From the human T2T-CHM13v2.0 reference genome, Homo sapiens: DNA of 64,000 nucleotides. The DNA is taken from NCBI RefSeq assembly GCF_009914755.1, contig NC_060939.1, one strand, 5' to 3'. Below the pieces are notes generated by a model. That model was not told the DNA's origin, searched no databases, and was given only the letters and a program-made list of their open reading frames with translations. The position numbers and the translations under genes are program-made. Within the stretch, counting starts at the first letter, position 1; every line of letters begins with the position of its first letter. Positions 14,941 to 33,243 of the stretch are shown here, piece after piece.

Positions 14941-16414
14941 AGGGACTGGCTTCAGTGATTTGAGGAGGAGGGCCGGGGAGGAGGCTCAGTAGTGCATGTT
15001 GATTGTCCAGGGTTGGTACTGCTGTAATATTATTTTGACATCCCTCCCTTCTGCTAATGCAAAGGCTTTATTGAGACTACTCAGTAAGGATCTCCTTGAG
15101 CCATTTCTTAGCTTTTGTTTTAAACACTTCATTTGTACAGTCTTACATGGGATGTCAACATAAAAATAAAGCAGGTAAAAGCAGAGCCTCTAGGTTGAAG
15201 GGTGAAGGGAGCATGTTAGGCCTTGAACTGAGGTTGCTTATTCTCCTCCACCTACACTGGAGGCATCTTTGGAACGCTTTGCCCACCAAAGCACAGTCTG
15301 AAAGCCCCAGCTGCAACAGAGGAGGGGAGAGAAGCTTCCCTCCCTGGCAGTGCTCATGCACTTCTTCCTCTAAACCTTCATGTAATCCAGGGAAGGGGCT
15401 CTAGACTCAGAGCAGTGCCTGGCAGCTCTACAGTGCCTGGCAGCTCTACCTGTCTGTACCACAGACAGGAGAGCTTGAGAAAGCAGACCTAGCACTGCCG
15501 AGCGTTGGCAAGATGGACTTCAGCTTGAGAGCCAGAGCCTCTTTGCTCCTTTGAGAATGCTTGAGGTGGTTAGTTATATAGCAAACAGTTGACTCACACC
15601 TGGGATCCTCCCTCTCTTTTCCTTTTACAAATATCCTTCTGACTTTCTTCTAGGTGAAGCACAAACCTGTAACATTGCCTTTTGGGGCACAGTGATTTTC
15701 TGGATTTGAGTTTTATTTGCGGAGAGTCCCATTAGAAAAGCTTTCCTATTGATTTTTACATTTTAGGGTCAAGAGAGGAAGTTCTGAAGAATTCAGTTGC
15801 CTTTGCTCTTTGAAGGAGAGGATTGGAAGTGTCCTGTGTTTTCCATAGCTCAGTAGGCACAGTTCTTTCTGGCAGCCAGTTCTGGGGTGTGTATTTAATT
15901 TTACTTTGGTCTGGTCTGATCTAGCTTCTGTAATATGGATATAATTTGCATGTTAAATGTGAATTTTGGAAGTATTGAATCCTCACAGACTTTTTAGGAA
16001 TAAAACAATACATAACAGGTTGTTACAGGCATTAAATAAGTTAATTTCTATAATGTACTTAGAACGGTGCTCTGTACTAGTGTTTGTTGTGAGATTGGTG
16101 ATCTGGTGATCTAGCTTGTAGATTGTTCAGGTTCTTTCTGCTCCCTGCTTTTTGAACCTTTAACTACTTGTCTTGAATTCTGCCAGCCACCAAGAGGGGT
16201 AAAAATAGAACTTTAATGACTTGTCAGATTCCAAAAAAGTGTGAAGAAGAACAAAGTTTTAAAATTATCTGAGGACATCATAGAGAGTCTTGAGGGGTCA
16301 TAGGCAGTACCAGGTGTGAAGCAGAGAGAATCAGTGCTGAAGCTCAAGGGATTGAACTTGTTCTGCCTTCGAAGTTGCCCAGCCCTTGAGAAAGCAGAAG
16401 TGACAGGAAGCTAG

Positions 16415-16660
16415 TGTTAAAAAAAAAAAAAAAAAGCGATGCTGACATCTATTCAAGACAATGAGGCAGACTTTATTTGGGAGACCACTGTGATGGGGTT
16501 TTGCACTAGGGGAGAGAGATCAGGCTCAACTCCAAATGCACCAACCACAAATGGGGATTTATAGCCAAGGAGGAGGGTGGGGGCTTGGTGGATGAAAAAT
16601 TCCTAAGAGGATGGGGCAATTCTTTGCTAAATTTACCTAACAAGATTATTACTGGCAAGA
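16415..16660. mobile_element. ERV1 LTR fragment, MER31-like
   Basis: ggggagagagatcaggctcaactccaaa...atttatagccaaggag matches my recollection of MER31. Confidence 0.6.
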
Positions 16661-17321
16661 ACAGTTTCATCCTATTCCAAAACCAAAGACATCTCTTGGT
16701 GGACAACTACAGTAGTTAACTTGATTATAGTTGCCAATCCTACATGGCAGGTCAGTTTATCCTGTTACCTAAGGTTACATTTTGTAACCAGCTTATCATC
16801 TTGAAAGGTTCACCAGGAGGTTACACTGTTTAAAGTGCCTTATAAATACTTTTCTGGAATTGTTTTTAATGGTTGTGGTAAGCTCCTGCTAATGTATCAA
16901 CTTTTGGAAAATTCTAGAATAAAATCTGTAGTCAGATTCTATGGCGGGTGGCCCAGAACATTGGGTCCTTGATGATCCTTTACCTATGAATTGGGGGGAA
17001 CCCAGAACCTTTCAGGAAAACTTGGCATTGCTCCTTATTCTTCCCTCATATTTTAGGCCTTTGAATTTTGAGTGTCAAGGAGTTGGAGTTGTACCTTCCC
17101 TCTGTTATTTACCGGTAGCACCAGGTAGTCTGTTGGTTAAATACAGAGCCATCTGCTCTATCAGGCAGCCAGCCTTGGCTAAGGTGGGTTTGTTCTTTAA
17201 GTTGGGGTAGGGGAAAGTGATTCTACTTTCTAGGGTTGTGTATTAGGAGGGGGAAGTGTTCCATTAGCTGAGAACCAACCCACTAGAGAAGATGTTGAAA
17301 GAACACCACTGGAGAAGATGG

Positions 17322-18034
17322 TGTTAACTGGAATGTGTGACTGAGGCGAGAATCTCCATCATTCGAGGTTTACTGAGCCAGAGGTTGAGGGCGTATCCGG
17401 GAAAAACACTAGTCACAAACGAGTGGCTGTGTACTCTGAAGAGGTTTTCAATACATGTTTTTAAAGGAGAGAAGGAAGGATGGGGAAGGATAGGCATGAG
17501 GTGAATGGTTACATTCCTGTGAGACTTTAGTTAGTACTCAGTAAATCTACACTTTACATAAGATAAGGTGAACCTTTTGAAGAAAGGAAGAACCATTTAT
17601 GCAGATGTCTCAGAGTAGGTGGGTGAATTACTGATCTCTTGTTTTTGTGCAGCATCTGGGAAGATAAGCTTGCAATGGACATTATCAGTGTGGAATTGAA
17701 CAGATTACAGACCTAGAGTTACAATTGACATGTCCTTGTGTTATGGGAGGATGTACATCTTAAAGGTTTTGAGGCCAGCAAAGATTTTCCTTATGAATGA
17801 TTTGTGGGAGCAGTCATCTGGAGATGCCTAAAGCCTTTTGCCTTTCCTGGTCGGGGGGAGGGGTGTGAGGCGGTAGGTCTGGCTAATGTATAATGCTCTG
17901 ACACAGGGTTGTGAAGTAGCAATATTAATTTGGAGAGAGGATGGTGCTTCGCTTGACTCAGCCTCTAGGCTAAACTTTCCCTTTGGCATAAGGAGTTTGG
18001 AGGTCCTGAGATTTTTTTAAAATTTTCCTTTACA
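17322..18034 (-). mobile_element. ERV1 solo LTR, MER4 group (MER4/MER72-like)
   Basis: The minus strand begins TGTAAAGGAAAAT...ATCTCAGGACCTCCAAACTCCTTATGCCAAAGGGAAAG, a MER4-group 5' end. Left boundary approximate. Confidence 0.7.
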
Positions 18035-18704
18035 TTGGGTATGTGTTTGTTAAATGAATGGGAGTGGTTGCCTTTAGAATATTCAGGTAGGATGTTTAGT
18101 GGATGTTGTAAAAGAGCATCTAGAGCTTAGAAAACAGGAGGAAAGGTTGAGATTTAGAAGTCATGAGTTTTCTAAAAGCTAAAGCCCTGAGTGTCAGGAG
18201 ATGTGGGTTTTAATGTAGAGTCTGTCATTATATTGTCCTGGGGTAGTAGTCACTTCTCTGGCATTGGCAGTCCTTGTTTGTAAAATAAAACTCTAGACTT
18301 GATCTCACAGGCCTCTCCCAACTCTGAAACTTTGTTCTAAAGAAGAAAATATATTCTCTTAAAATTTCGTGGGCTAGTCTATAAGGGAAAAAAGATGCTT
18401 TAGCAATGGTTTGGGGTATATGATGTCATGAAAGTAATATTCTTTTTACTGTCCAAGTCAGTAATTTACTGTGTAGAGAATTGGAAATGGACCAGAGGCA
18501 GTTTCCCAGAATAGGTCATTATTTGGTGTTAGTAATTGGTCATTCACGCATCTGCATACCCTTTGTTTCCTTAAGTAACTCTCCTTTCTGGTAACCACCT
18601 TAGGTTTGTCAAGGTGGAAGTCATGTGGTCAAATCAAATGGAAACACAAGTGTGTTAGGTATTAGATTCATTTTCCTGTCCCCAAAGTACCCGTTTGGTA
18701 ATGC

Positions 18705-19484
18705 TGGCAGAAGACATACATGCGGCCAACAATCATAGGAAAAAAAGCTCCACATCACTGATCATTAGAGAAATGCAAATCAAAACCACAATGAGATCGT
18801 ATCCCATACTAGGCAGAATGGCTATTAAAAAGTCAAAAAATAACAGATGCTGGCAAGTTTGTGGAGAAAAAGGAACACTTATACACTGTCGGTGGGAGTG
18901 TAAATTAGTTCAGCTATTGTGGAAGATAGTGTGGTGATTCCTCAAAGACCTAAAGACAGAAATACCATTTGACCCAGCAGTCCTATTACTGGGTATATAT
19001 TCAAAGGAATATAAATTATTCTGTTATAAAGACACATGCACATGTATGTTCATTGCAGCACTATTCACAGTAGCAAAGACATGGAATCAACCTGAATGCC
19101 CATCAGTGATAAACTGGATAAAGAAAATGTAGTACATATGCAGCCATAAAAAAGAATGAGATCACGTCCTTTGCAGGGACATGGATGGAGCTGGAGGCCA
19201 TTATCATTAGCAAACTAACACAGAAACAGAAAACCAAATACTGCATGTTCTCATTTATAAGTGGGAGCTAAATGATGAGAATACATCGACGCAAAGAGGG
19301 GCACAACAGACACTGGGGCCTACCAGAGGGTGGAGGGTGTGAGGAAGGAGAGGATCAGGAAAAATAACTAATGGAGAATGGGCTTATTACCTGGGTGATG
19401 AAATAATCTGCACAACAAACCCCCATGACACACGTTTGCCTGTGGAACAAACCTGAACATGTATCCCTGAACTTAAAAAAAAAA
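18705..19484 (+). mobile_element. Older L1PA (L1PA13-16-like) 3' fragment with poly(A)
   Basis: ORF2 C-terminal motif [12 protein letters not shown]...NNRCW, L1 3'UTR, A-tail at ~19475-19484. Confidence 0.9.
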
Positions 19485-19719
19485 TCAAATTGATAGTCTA
19501 TAAACAAGCTGCCAGAGGCTCCAGTGAAACCTGGGAGCTGTGGGCAGAGCAAGTAGGCTGTCTCTGTTACACTCTGCCACCTCCTAGCGGTAGCAGCTTT
19601 TAGTTCCTGTGTCACAGAATTGAACATTTTCCTGCTTTGCAAGGAACTTTCAAAGGCTAATTCGCCTTTACTCTCACCTGCTTCCGTGGAGGAGGTGAAT
19701 AAAGCCTGTATTTCAGTGA

Positions 19720-20175
19720 TGTAGTAGTTTCTTAGGCTGCTGTAACAAAGTACCCCAAATTTGGTGACATAAAACGAGAAATTTATTCTGCACAGTTCAG
19801 GAGGCCAGAAGTCTGAAATTGAGATGGCAGTAGGGGTAGTGCTACCTTGGGAGGCTGTAGGGGAGAGTCTGTTCTTTTTCTCTTCCTACCGCTCCAGTTT
19901 CTGCTTCTGTGGTCACACTGCCTTTTCTTCTCTGTCTCTCCTTTGTACATCTTTCATTATGAGGACACTGTCATTGGATTTAGAGCCCACCTGGATAGAC
20001 CAGATGATTTAATCTTAAGATCCTTACTAACATAGCGAGACCCCATCTCTACCAAAAAAAAAAAAAATTTTTTTTAAAGATCCTTTTTCCAAATAAGCTT
20101 ACATGCATAGGTTCCAGAGGTTTGATGTGGATATACCTTTGGCATGGGCAGGGGGCACTGTTCACCACACTATAA
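19720..20175. mobile_element. MaLR solo LTR (MLT1C/D-like) with a tiny embedded Alu fragment
   Basis: ggctgctgtaacaaagtacc...ggaggccagaagtctgaaat...cattggatttagagcccacc. Confidence 0.75.
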
Positions 20176-20628
20176 GTGGTTAGCGCCTTTTCTCTCCTTT
20201 AAAAAATAAAAAATCTGTAAATTCTCACTGCTGCTAGCACAGCTCTGTGTAAACCAGTGTTTTTTTTTTTTTGTTCCCTACTGAGAGCCAGCTTGCACCT
20301 TGGTCTACCAAGAGTTGCTGCTCAGTACATAGCTGCTTCGTTATTTGTGTTGATTGCATTATTTATTAACACAAATAGCCATTTAGTTTTTTTAATAGAA
20401 AAAATAATTAAGATTTTGCATAATGTTTGTAAAAAATGGAAAACTTGATACAGAGATCGAAGAGGATATAAAATAAGATAAAAAATAAAAAATGGAAAAT
20501 TTGATAGCTTAAGCCACTAAATTGCCCTTAAGGTGGAGTGCAATTCAGTAACATTTCATTTTGCAGCATGTATAAAATAATTTCTGTTTTAAGGCTGTCT
20601 TTAACTGTTGCTCTTCATTTCTCTGCAG

Positions 20629-20794
20629 GTCTTTTAGATAACCCTGAACTTCGTGTGGTCCTTGTCTTTGGTTATAATTGCTGTAAGGTGGGAGCCAGTA
20701 ATTATCTGCAGCAAGTAGTCAGCACTTTCAGTGATATGAATATCATCTTGGCTGGAGGCCAGGTGGACAACCTGTCATCACTGACTTCTGAAAA
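20629..20794 (+). CDS. FBXO22: FBXO22 penultimate coding exon, (G)[54 protein letters not shown](K)
   Basis: ctctgcag acceptor, AA|gtatgt donor, 166 nt. AA plus the G of the next exon restores Lys. Confidence 0.96.
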
Positions 20795-20831
20795 GTATGT
20801 CTTGTGTGCTTCTGATTTCGTCTGTGAATGA
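20795..20831 (+). CDS. FBXO22: Read-through extension of the FBXO22 penultimate exon giving a short-isoform C-terminus (K)[11 protein letters not shown]
   Basis: Open frame continues past the donor to TGA at 20829-20831. Matches my recollection of the short annotated isoform. Confidence 0.65.
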
Positions 20832-21138
20832 AGGGAAATGGTCTCAGGTTTTGTCACTTTGGGGTTAACAATTTAAAAAACGTGTTTAAAGAATTATTAA
20901 GATAATAGTTCATTCCATTTTGTAGTAGACATTGGCTAAGGGGCTTACTGAACATAATTCTGCTTACGGTTGAATAATTACATTTTTATATATATTGTCC
21001 TTCAAGAACTTCCTTGAGTCACATTCTCCTTAAAATTTGACATTGCCTGTTGATCTTTCCTTTGACAGATGTGGTACTCTGTGTGACCTCAATGTGTCAC
21101 CTCCTTTCTAGTTTCCTCCTTTAAAGGAAACACATGGT

Positions 21139-21320
21139 TAGAGTGTATCTTTATGGCAAAACTTCTCAGAGCTTCTAATATGCCCAGTGCTGTGGAAATC
21201 TGGAAGGAGAATAGCATTACCTGTGACAGTTCCCAAATCTGTTTGGTCACAAAACTTTTTTCCACAGAATGTCTTGCAAGTCGTACTGGTTTTTGGAAAT
21301 TCTGTATTAGATCTTTTGAA
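21139..21320. mobile_element. Probable old hAT-Charlie (MER-type) DNA transposon fragment
   Basis: cttctaatatgcccagtgctgtggaaatc...ttcccaaatctgtttggtcac resembles hAT-Charlie non-autonomous elements; family uncertain. Confidence 0.35.
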
Positions 21321-22657
21321 AGGCTTTTTCAAGCTTAAAAATTGTGGATCTTTTTTGTTACTAAGGCTTTTGCTTTCAAAGATAAAAATATTTGCTCTTC
21401 TGTCTTGGGAGCCATTACTTCCTTTCCATCTTGAATGAAAATACATATCATTTTGAGTTTGAAACAATTAGGTGGACATAAATATCATTTGTTTCCAGCA
21501 GGAAAATCAGACCCTACCCCACCCTCAATGCTTGTAAACACTACTATTTGTTTCCCACTCTGTTTAATATTTGCATCCTAGAGTGGTGACATGGGGACAG
21601 ACTGTTGCAGATCAGTATCTATAAGAATAATGTAAGTCATCCTAGTTATAGTCTCTCTTCTGGTTATCTCTGTGAGCTAGATCTGGGAAAATAGCTAAAG
21701 TTGAGGTCCCTGGACTGCCAGGGAGGAGGAAGAGAGGAAGGCCAAGTACGTTGAATCCCAGGCAGGATATCAAACACTGGATTTTGTGCATACATACACT
21801 GAATTCTTGGTGGCTATCTAAGTTATTTCCCCTCTTGCCTAATTTTTCCTGTGTCTTTGCTATTAACTTAAATTGTGTACGGATAGGGCAATGGTGATTC
21901 AACATACAGTTTACCTTTGAAATGCAGATACCTCACTCAGACTTATAACATCTGAGGTGCTAGCTTGTAAGTGTAGCTATTTGTATATCATCTACTTTTT
22001 ATACCTAATAAGAGAAACACCCCCCACCCCAATCATTACTCTTCACATGACCCATTAATTTTAATGTGGTCTTCATACTCTGTCAGTGGTTAAGAGAAAC
22101 CATTGAGTAAATGAGGGCTCCATTTTAATAAAGTCCAGATAACCCAACTGACCCAGTGCCCCAAAAGGAAGATGTATAATTCTTTGAGGCAAGATTGACA
22201 ATGTATATTAACAATTCTGTACCAAAGAGGAAATGTGATAAAGTTTTAAGAGCAGCAGAGGACTTCAGAAGACGGATTTTGCCCCTCACAAACTTGTTTT
22301 ACTACTAGCTAGCCTTATTACTTTAGTCACTTAACCTTTTTGCGTCTTAGTTTCTCACTAATCCAGTGACTCTTGCCCATTTTATAGATTCAGATGTTGG
22401 AAGCATGATACAATACTTGTTTATCCCCTAGTGGATGTTCACTATATTATGCTTTATTACTTTTATCAATGTTGTATTTTCTTTTGTAAGGATATTTCAT
22501 TTTTTAAAAAAACCAGGCAAATATAAACAAAAACAAAGCATGAGTTTTTACCATCAAATTAAGCTGAACTCTAGACTCAAAGCAATAAACAAGACAAAAA
22601 AATAACATAATCATATTTTCTAGTGGACTAGACATAAAGCTAAAACTTCTAGAGTTA

Positions 22658-22967
<310 letters not shown>

Positions 22968-23429
22968 ATCACCCTCCATTATTATATTTTTAATATACAT
23001 CTTTCAGAATTTGACAGCTGAAGTCGGGGGGAAGAGATGTTAATGTAAACAATAGCAGAAGGCTTCGTTTAGTGGATATCTTTGTGTATATTAATAAAAT
23101 TATAACATTCCTTTTAAGGAAGTCAGAAAGGTAAGGAAACTGTACTTTCTAATAACCGGATATGGGTTTCAGAAATCGTTATGGATGTGCATTGCCCCTT
23201 TGTATTTGTGACTGAAAAAAATGGTGGCTTCTCTTGATCTGCCTTGTGCATTTTTTATGTATTAATTTTGATTTTTGACCCTATTTTACTCACCTATGAG
23301 GGTGAGCCTCAGATTAACCATAGGCTGCTAAAGGCAGCAGCCTCCCGTCAGTGAATCAGGAGGATTTTGCTTCTATACTTAAAAATTTTAATGTTTCATG
23401 AGATATTGCCACTTTTCTAAATTTTCCAG

Positions 23430-23847
23430 GAACCCTCTGGATATTGATGCCTCGGGTGTGGTTGGACTGTCATTTAGTGGACACCGAATCCAGAGTGCCA
23501 CTGTGCTCCTCAACGAGGACGTCAGTGATGAGAAGACTGCTGAGGCTGCGATGCAGCGCCTCAAAGCGGCCAACATTCCAGAGCATAACACCATTGGCTT
23601 CATGTTTGCATGCGTTGGCAGGGGCTTTCAGTATTACAGAGCCAAGGGGAATGTTGAGGCTGATGCATTTAGAAAGTTTTTTCCTAGTGTTCCCTTATTC
23701 GGCTTCTTTGGAAATGGAGAAATTGGATGTGATCGGATAGTCACTGGGAACTTTATATTGAGGAAATGTAATGAGGTAAAAGATGATGATCTGTTTCATA
23801 GCTATACAACAATAATGGCACTCATACATCTGGGGTCATCTAAATAA
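23430..23847 (+). CDS. FBXO22: FBXO22 last coding exon (FIST C-terminal region), [11 protein letters not shown]...FMFACVGRG...GFFGNGEIG...IHLGSSK*
   Basis: ttttccag acceptor; ORF to TAA at 23845-23847 followed by a second TAA. C-x-G-R and GF-x-x-x-GEI are FIST_C-type motifs. Confidence 0.97.
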
Positions 23848-24263
23848 TAATTAAAGTGGCTTTCATAATATGTAACTTTTGGGTTCTGCCTTTTTCAGAA
23901 AATGGAAACTTGGGCCATGTGTATTTCAAACAAAAATAACTTTAGATATATCTTTTTTGTAGCTTTGATTGATGCTCTAAGATCACATGAGGGTAGTATT
24001 TAATATATTAGATGAAGGACAACTTTGGACATAACACTGACTAGGAGTTGAGAGCTTTTGCATCAGGCAGAAGCAAACTGATTATAGTTGTGTTGCACCA
24101 GATCATGTAGCTGCTGTGTAACATGACCTTAAATAGTCTTCCTGCATAGGAAGAGCAAAAGGGTATTCATCAATAGGATATAGATTTAAGACATTCCCTG
24201 ACTACCCCTTGCGTTGTTAGGTGATGTCTTTTAGCAGAATCATGAAGACCTTTTTTCTCCCTT

Positions 24264-24838
24264 AATAAAGGAGAAAAATATACTGATGGCTGGAGAAATT
24301 TTTCTCTGCCTTTCAGTTTTATGAATTTTTTCAGAAGTAACAATATTATTATTGACTTTTTACTTATTTGATAAAAATTAAAGAACTATTTTTGTTTTGG
24401 TCAGATAAATTGACAAGACTAATCAGTATTTTATTATAAGTAAAAGATTTTTCTTCTTTCCTTAAAAATATTTTTTTTTCACCTAGGTCTAAATAGCTAA
24501 CTAACTGGTAGACCAGAGTATTACATCATCTTATTTTGGTTTTATACCAATAAAACATAGCGTGGAACTCATTCAGGTAATGTTTTGCATTTCATTGCTT
24601 TTGGATGAACAAAGGAAGTAAACTAATCCTTTATAAATGAAAACCCAGAATAGTTGGTATGTCAGCTAGTCATTCCTGTCATATTCCCAGTAGAATGATT
24701 TTCAAGTTTGAATTTCTGTACAAATATCTAAATAAGAGATGTGCAGAGAGCACCAATTTTCCTTCAATATCCATTCTTTACTTTTCACATAATGATAGAA
24801 CCTTTGATTTTTCAAGTGGGTATGCCTCCTAGAATAAA
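24264..24838 (+). terminator. Cluster of candidate proximal FBXO22 polyadenylation signals
   Basis: AATAAA at 24264-24269, 24549-24554 and 24833-24838 downstream of the stop codon. Confidence 0.5.
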
Positions 24839-25150
24839 GACTACATTTCCCAGTCTCCTGTGCAGGTATGACTGTGTTCTGGACAATGGAATGTGAGGGG
24901 AAACGATTTTTTGTGTCCTTAAAATGGCATGACCATTTATTTGCCCCTTTCTCCATCCTGTTGCTTGGAATGTGGATCTGGTAGTGAGCCATCTTGGACC
25001 CTGAAGAGGAGGCAACACACCATTGTAGAAGAAAAACAACAGAAGGATCCTGGTCCCTGTACGACCTCATTGAAGAAACACCATAAGTGGCGTGGACTAT
25101 CTACCTCCAGACTGTTTTACAAGAGAGAAATTAGCATATTCCATCTAATA
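24820..25150. mobile_element. Old MaLR LTR fragment (MLT1J-like) in the FBXO22 3' region
   Basis: ctacatttcccagtctcc...ttctggacaatggaatgtgag...agccatcttggaccctgaag. Confidence 0.55.
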
Positions 25151-26542
25151 CAGTATGATGTAACTAATGTTACTTTTGTAACAGTCAGTGGTTTGTTCTA
25201 ACAGGACAGTAGAACACTTGCAAGGTAAGTAAAACCAAATGTATTAGCATTATTCCTGCTTTTCCTTTTTTGTCACTTTTATCCTTTTTTTAAAACTGAA
25301 AATATTTTTCTCTTGCTATTTATATATATATGATAAAAATGCTTGGAAGAGTCCTTTAATTTATGGTTATTCTAAATCCTAGTTCCTGAGGCAAGTCCAA
25401 AGAAAAATGTGTCAAAACTTTTCATCTATGAATATTTATATTTAGCTCTTGCTATTTAGCTATTATCAAAATACCTCAAAATTTTAGTCCTTGAATGTGC
25501 TCATATAGCCCATAAGGCAAATATTTTTTAAACTTTATTGTCCCTGATATTAACCAGAATTGGTTGAATAGTAGAGGAAAAGGGATTTTTAAAACTGAAA
25601 ATATGAACAAAATGAGCCTTAGAATTGAATGGATTATTTTAAACAAATTAATACTCATATAAAATGTTTTGCTGCTTCTCAAAGAGTCTGATACAGGGTA
25701 ATTTCATACAATATTTGATGTTGTTAAAGCATTCCTTTTTATAGCTGAGCCTTTGGAGCTTGTTATGAACAGTAAAATCATTTAGTCACATGGTTGTAAC
25801 CTTAGTGCAAAGTAAAAAGGGAAAAGTTGACCTAATAGAAACAATAGTAGTATTGATAAGAACAAAAGTCATCCTCCCTGCCTCTCAGAGGCCCTGAAGT
25901 CCTGTGAGGAAGGGAAATAGTAATTTAACCAAAGTTAAATCTGTGTAACTCATTTATTACAATTTTGAAAGGCTTGTCTTAGAAGCATTAAAGGAGTATT
26001 AGCTAAAAACAAACTAAATTCCTAGAGATGACAATCATTGTAGTCCTCTGTGAAACTGAAAATGATCACATGAAAAAAATGTGAGCATAAAAAAGAGAAG
26101 TAAAGGTGTACCATTAGCCTACATACTGAGCTGACGATCAGATCATAGAATACTTTATTTAATCAAGACATTTAAAAATACTTATTTCATCTACATACTT
26201 TCAAAGCAAAATAATTTCTGGGGCTAGTTTCCTTTGTATAAGGCTTAAGCAAGGAATATATTTCCATGCCCTTTGATCCAAGTAAAATCTAAGGAAGAGG
26301 GAAAGTAAACCTTGAAATTAAGACCTAGAAATAGATCCACCCTTGCAGACTGATAAAAGTGGGCAATCTAGTAGGCCAGTTCACATTACAGTTATCTCAG
26401 TTTTGCTTAAAGCAAACCCTAACCCTCAACCTACGAGGCCAGATAGCAAAAGACGTGCAACTGGTTTATATTGCAAATTTAACAAAGTGAACATGCAAAG
26501 AATTACAATAGAAATAAACTTTTACAAATCTGAGAACTTTCT

Positions 26543-26831
<289 letters not shown>

Positions 26832-27218
26832 ACAAATCTGAGAACTTTCTATGCAATCTGCAGAAATTTTTAAGAATATAAATATGCTTTTGTCATTTTA
26901 TACCCAGTCTGGCCCAGGTTTGCACTGCCATAAATTCAGTTTTAATGGGAACAGAAGACTCCAGATCCTCTTGATGGGAAGAAATCATGAAATTTTAGAT
27001 GATTGACTTGGTTTTCATTTGTAGAAACTGGGTATAAGTTGGCTTAATGAAAATCCTAAAATAATAAAATAAGCATTAGTAATAATATCCTTGTTAAATG
27101 AACAAAGTGAATACGATATAAAGAATGTGATACCAGAAAGTTACTTTAATATTGACCCTATATAGGGAAGAATAATCAAATATTTGCAAAATATGTTATT
27201 TTTGTTTTATATATTTAA

Positions 27219-27617
<399 letters not shown>

Positions 27618-27894
27618 GGAAACTTTCATTTCTTAAAACAGATTTATAAAAGTTTTTGCTATATAGTGACTGTTAGCCAGTAAAAACAGGGAAGATTGAT
27701 TAATTTAGAAGAAATTGAAAGAAAATATATTTATTAATGTTGCTTTTAAATGCAAATTATCAGATTGAGGAGAATTTTGAGACCATTGACATTTTTCTAA
27801 TTATGACTAAAATTTAATCACTATACTTAATAAACATACTCTATTCAAGGTCTTGTAATAAAATTATAGGGAGGAATAAAACATAATTGACCCC

Positions 27895-32693
<4,799 letters not shown>

Positions 32694-32749
32694 CATATGG
32701 CCTAGCTTTTTTTTTTTTTTTTAAAAAGGGCAGGGGGTGGGGTATTTAG

Positions 32750-33243
32750 TCACAAGACATAGAGGAACTTTAAGTGTATATTGCTAAGTGAAAGAAGTTA
32801 GTCTGAAAGGCTACATACTACATGATTTCAAATATATGACATTCTGGAGAAAGCAAAGTTAGTAAAGACTGGTTGCCAGAGGTTCAGTGGGAGAGAGGGA
32901 GGGGTAAATACATGGAGTAGAGATTTTTAGGGTGGTGAAACTACTGTATACAATACTATAATAGTGGATACATGACATTATATATTGGTCAAAATCCATA
33001 AAGACATACAACAAAAAGAGGACCCTTCATGTAAATTACAGGCTTCAGCTAGCCTGGATGACAGAGTGAGACTTTGTCTCAAAAAGTAAAGTAAAAATGT
33101 GTCAATATTGGTTAAACAAATATACCACACTAGTGCAAGATGTTAATAATAAAGGCCTGGGGTGGGGGGAAGCATAGGGGAACTCTATACTATCTGCTCA
33201 GTTTTTCTGAAAATCTAAAACTTCTAATAAAGTCTATTAAAAT
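32750..33243 (+). mobile_element. L1MC-type 3' end fragment with a small Alu tail piece (~33050-33090)
   Basis: ttgctaagtgaaagaag...gtctgaaaggctacatact...gggaactctatactatctgctcag. AATAAA at 33226-33231. Confidence 0.75.

Noticed and set aside
17280-17325. Short imperfect direct repeat CCACT(A/G)GAGAAGATG; similar small duplications at ~48605-48655 and ~50842-50877
   Set aside because: Two-copy slippage duplications only; not arrays and not CRISPR-like.
18631-18705. AAATCAAAT present ~65 nt before the L1 start and after its tail, suggesting a TSD with extra 5' sequence (chimera)
   Set aside because: The 9-nt A-rich match could be chance, and the intervening sequence is not recognisable as snRNA or inverted L1.
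23388-23603. Antisense 71-aa ORF / possible antisense transcript over the last FBXO22 exon
   Set aside because: The ORF is the shadow frame of the coding exon. An antisense RNA may be annotated here, but nothing in the sequence lets me define it.
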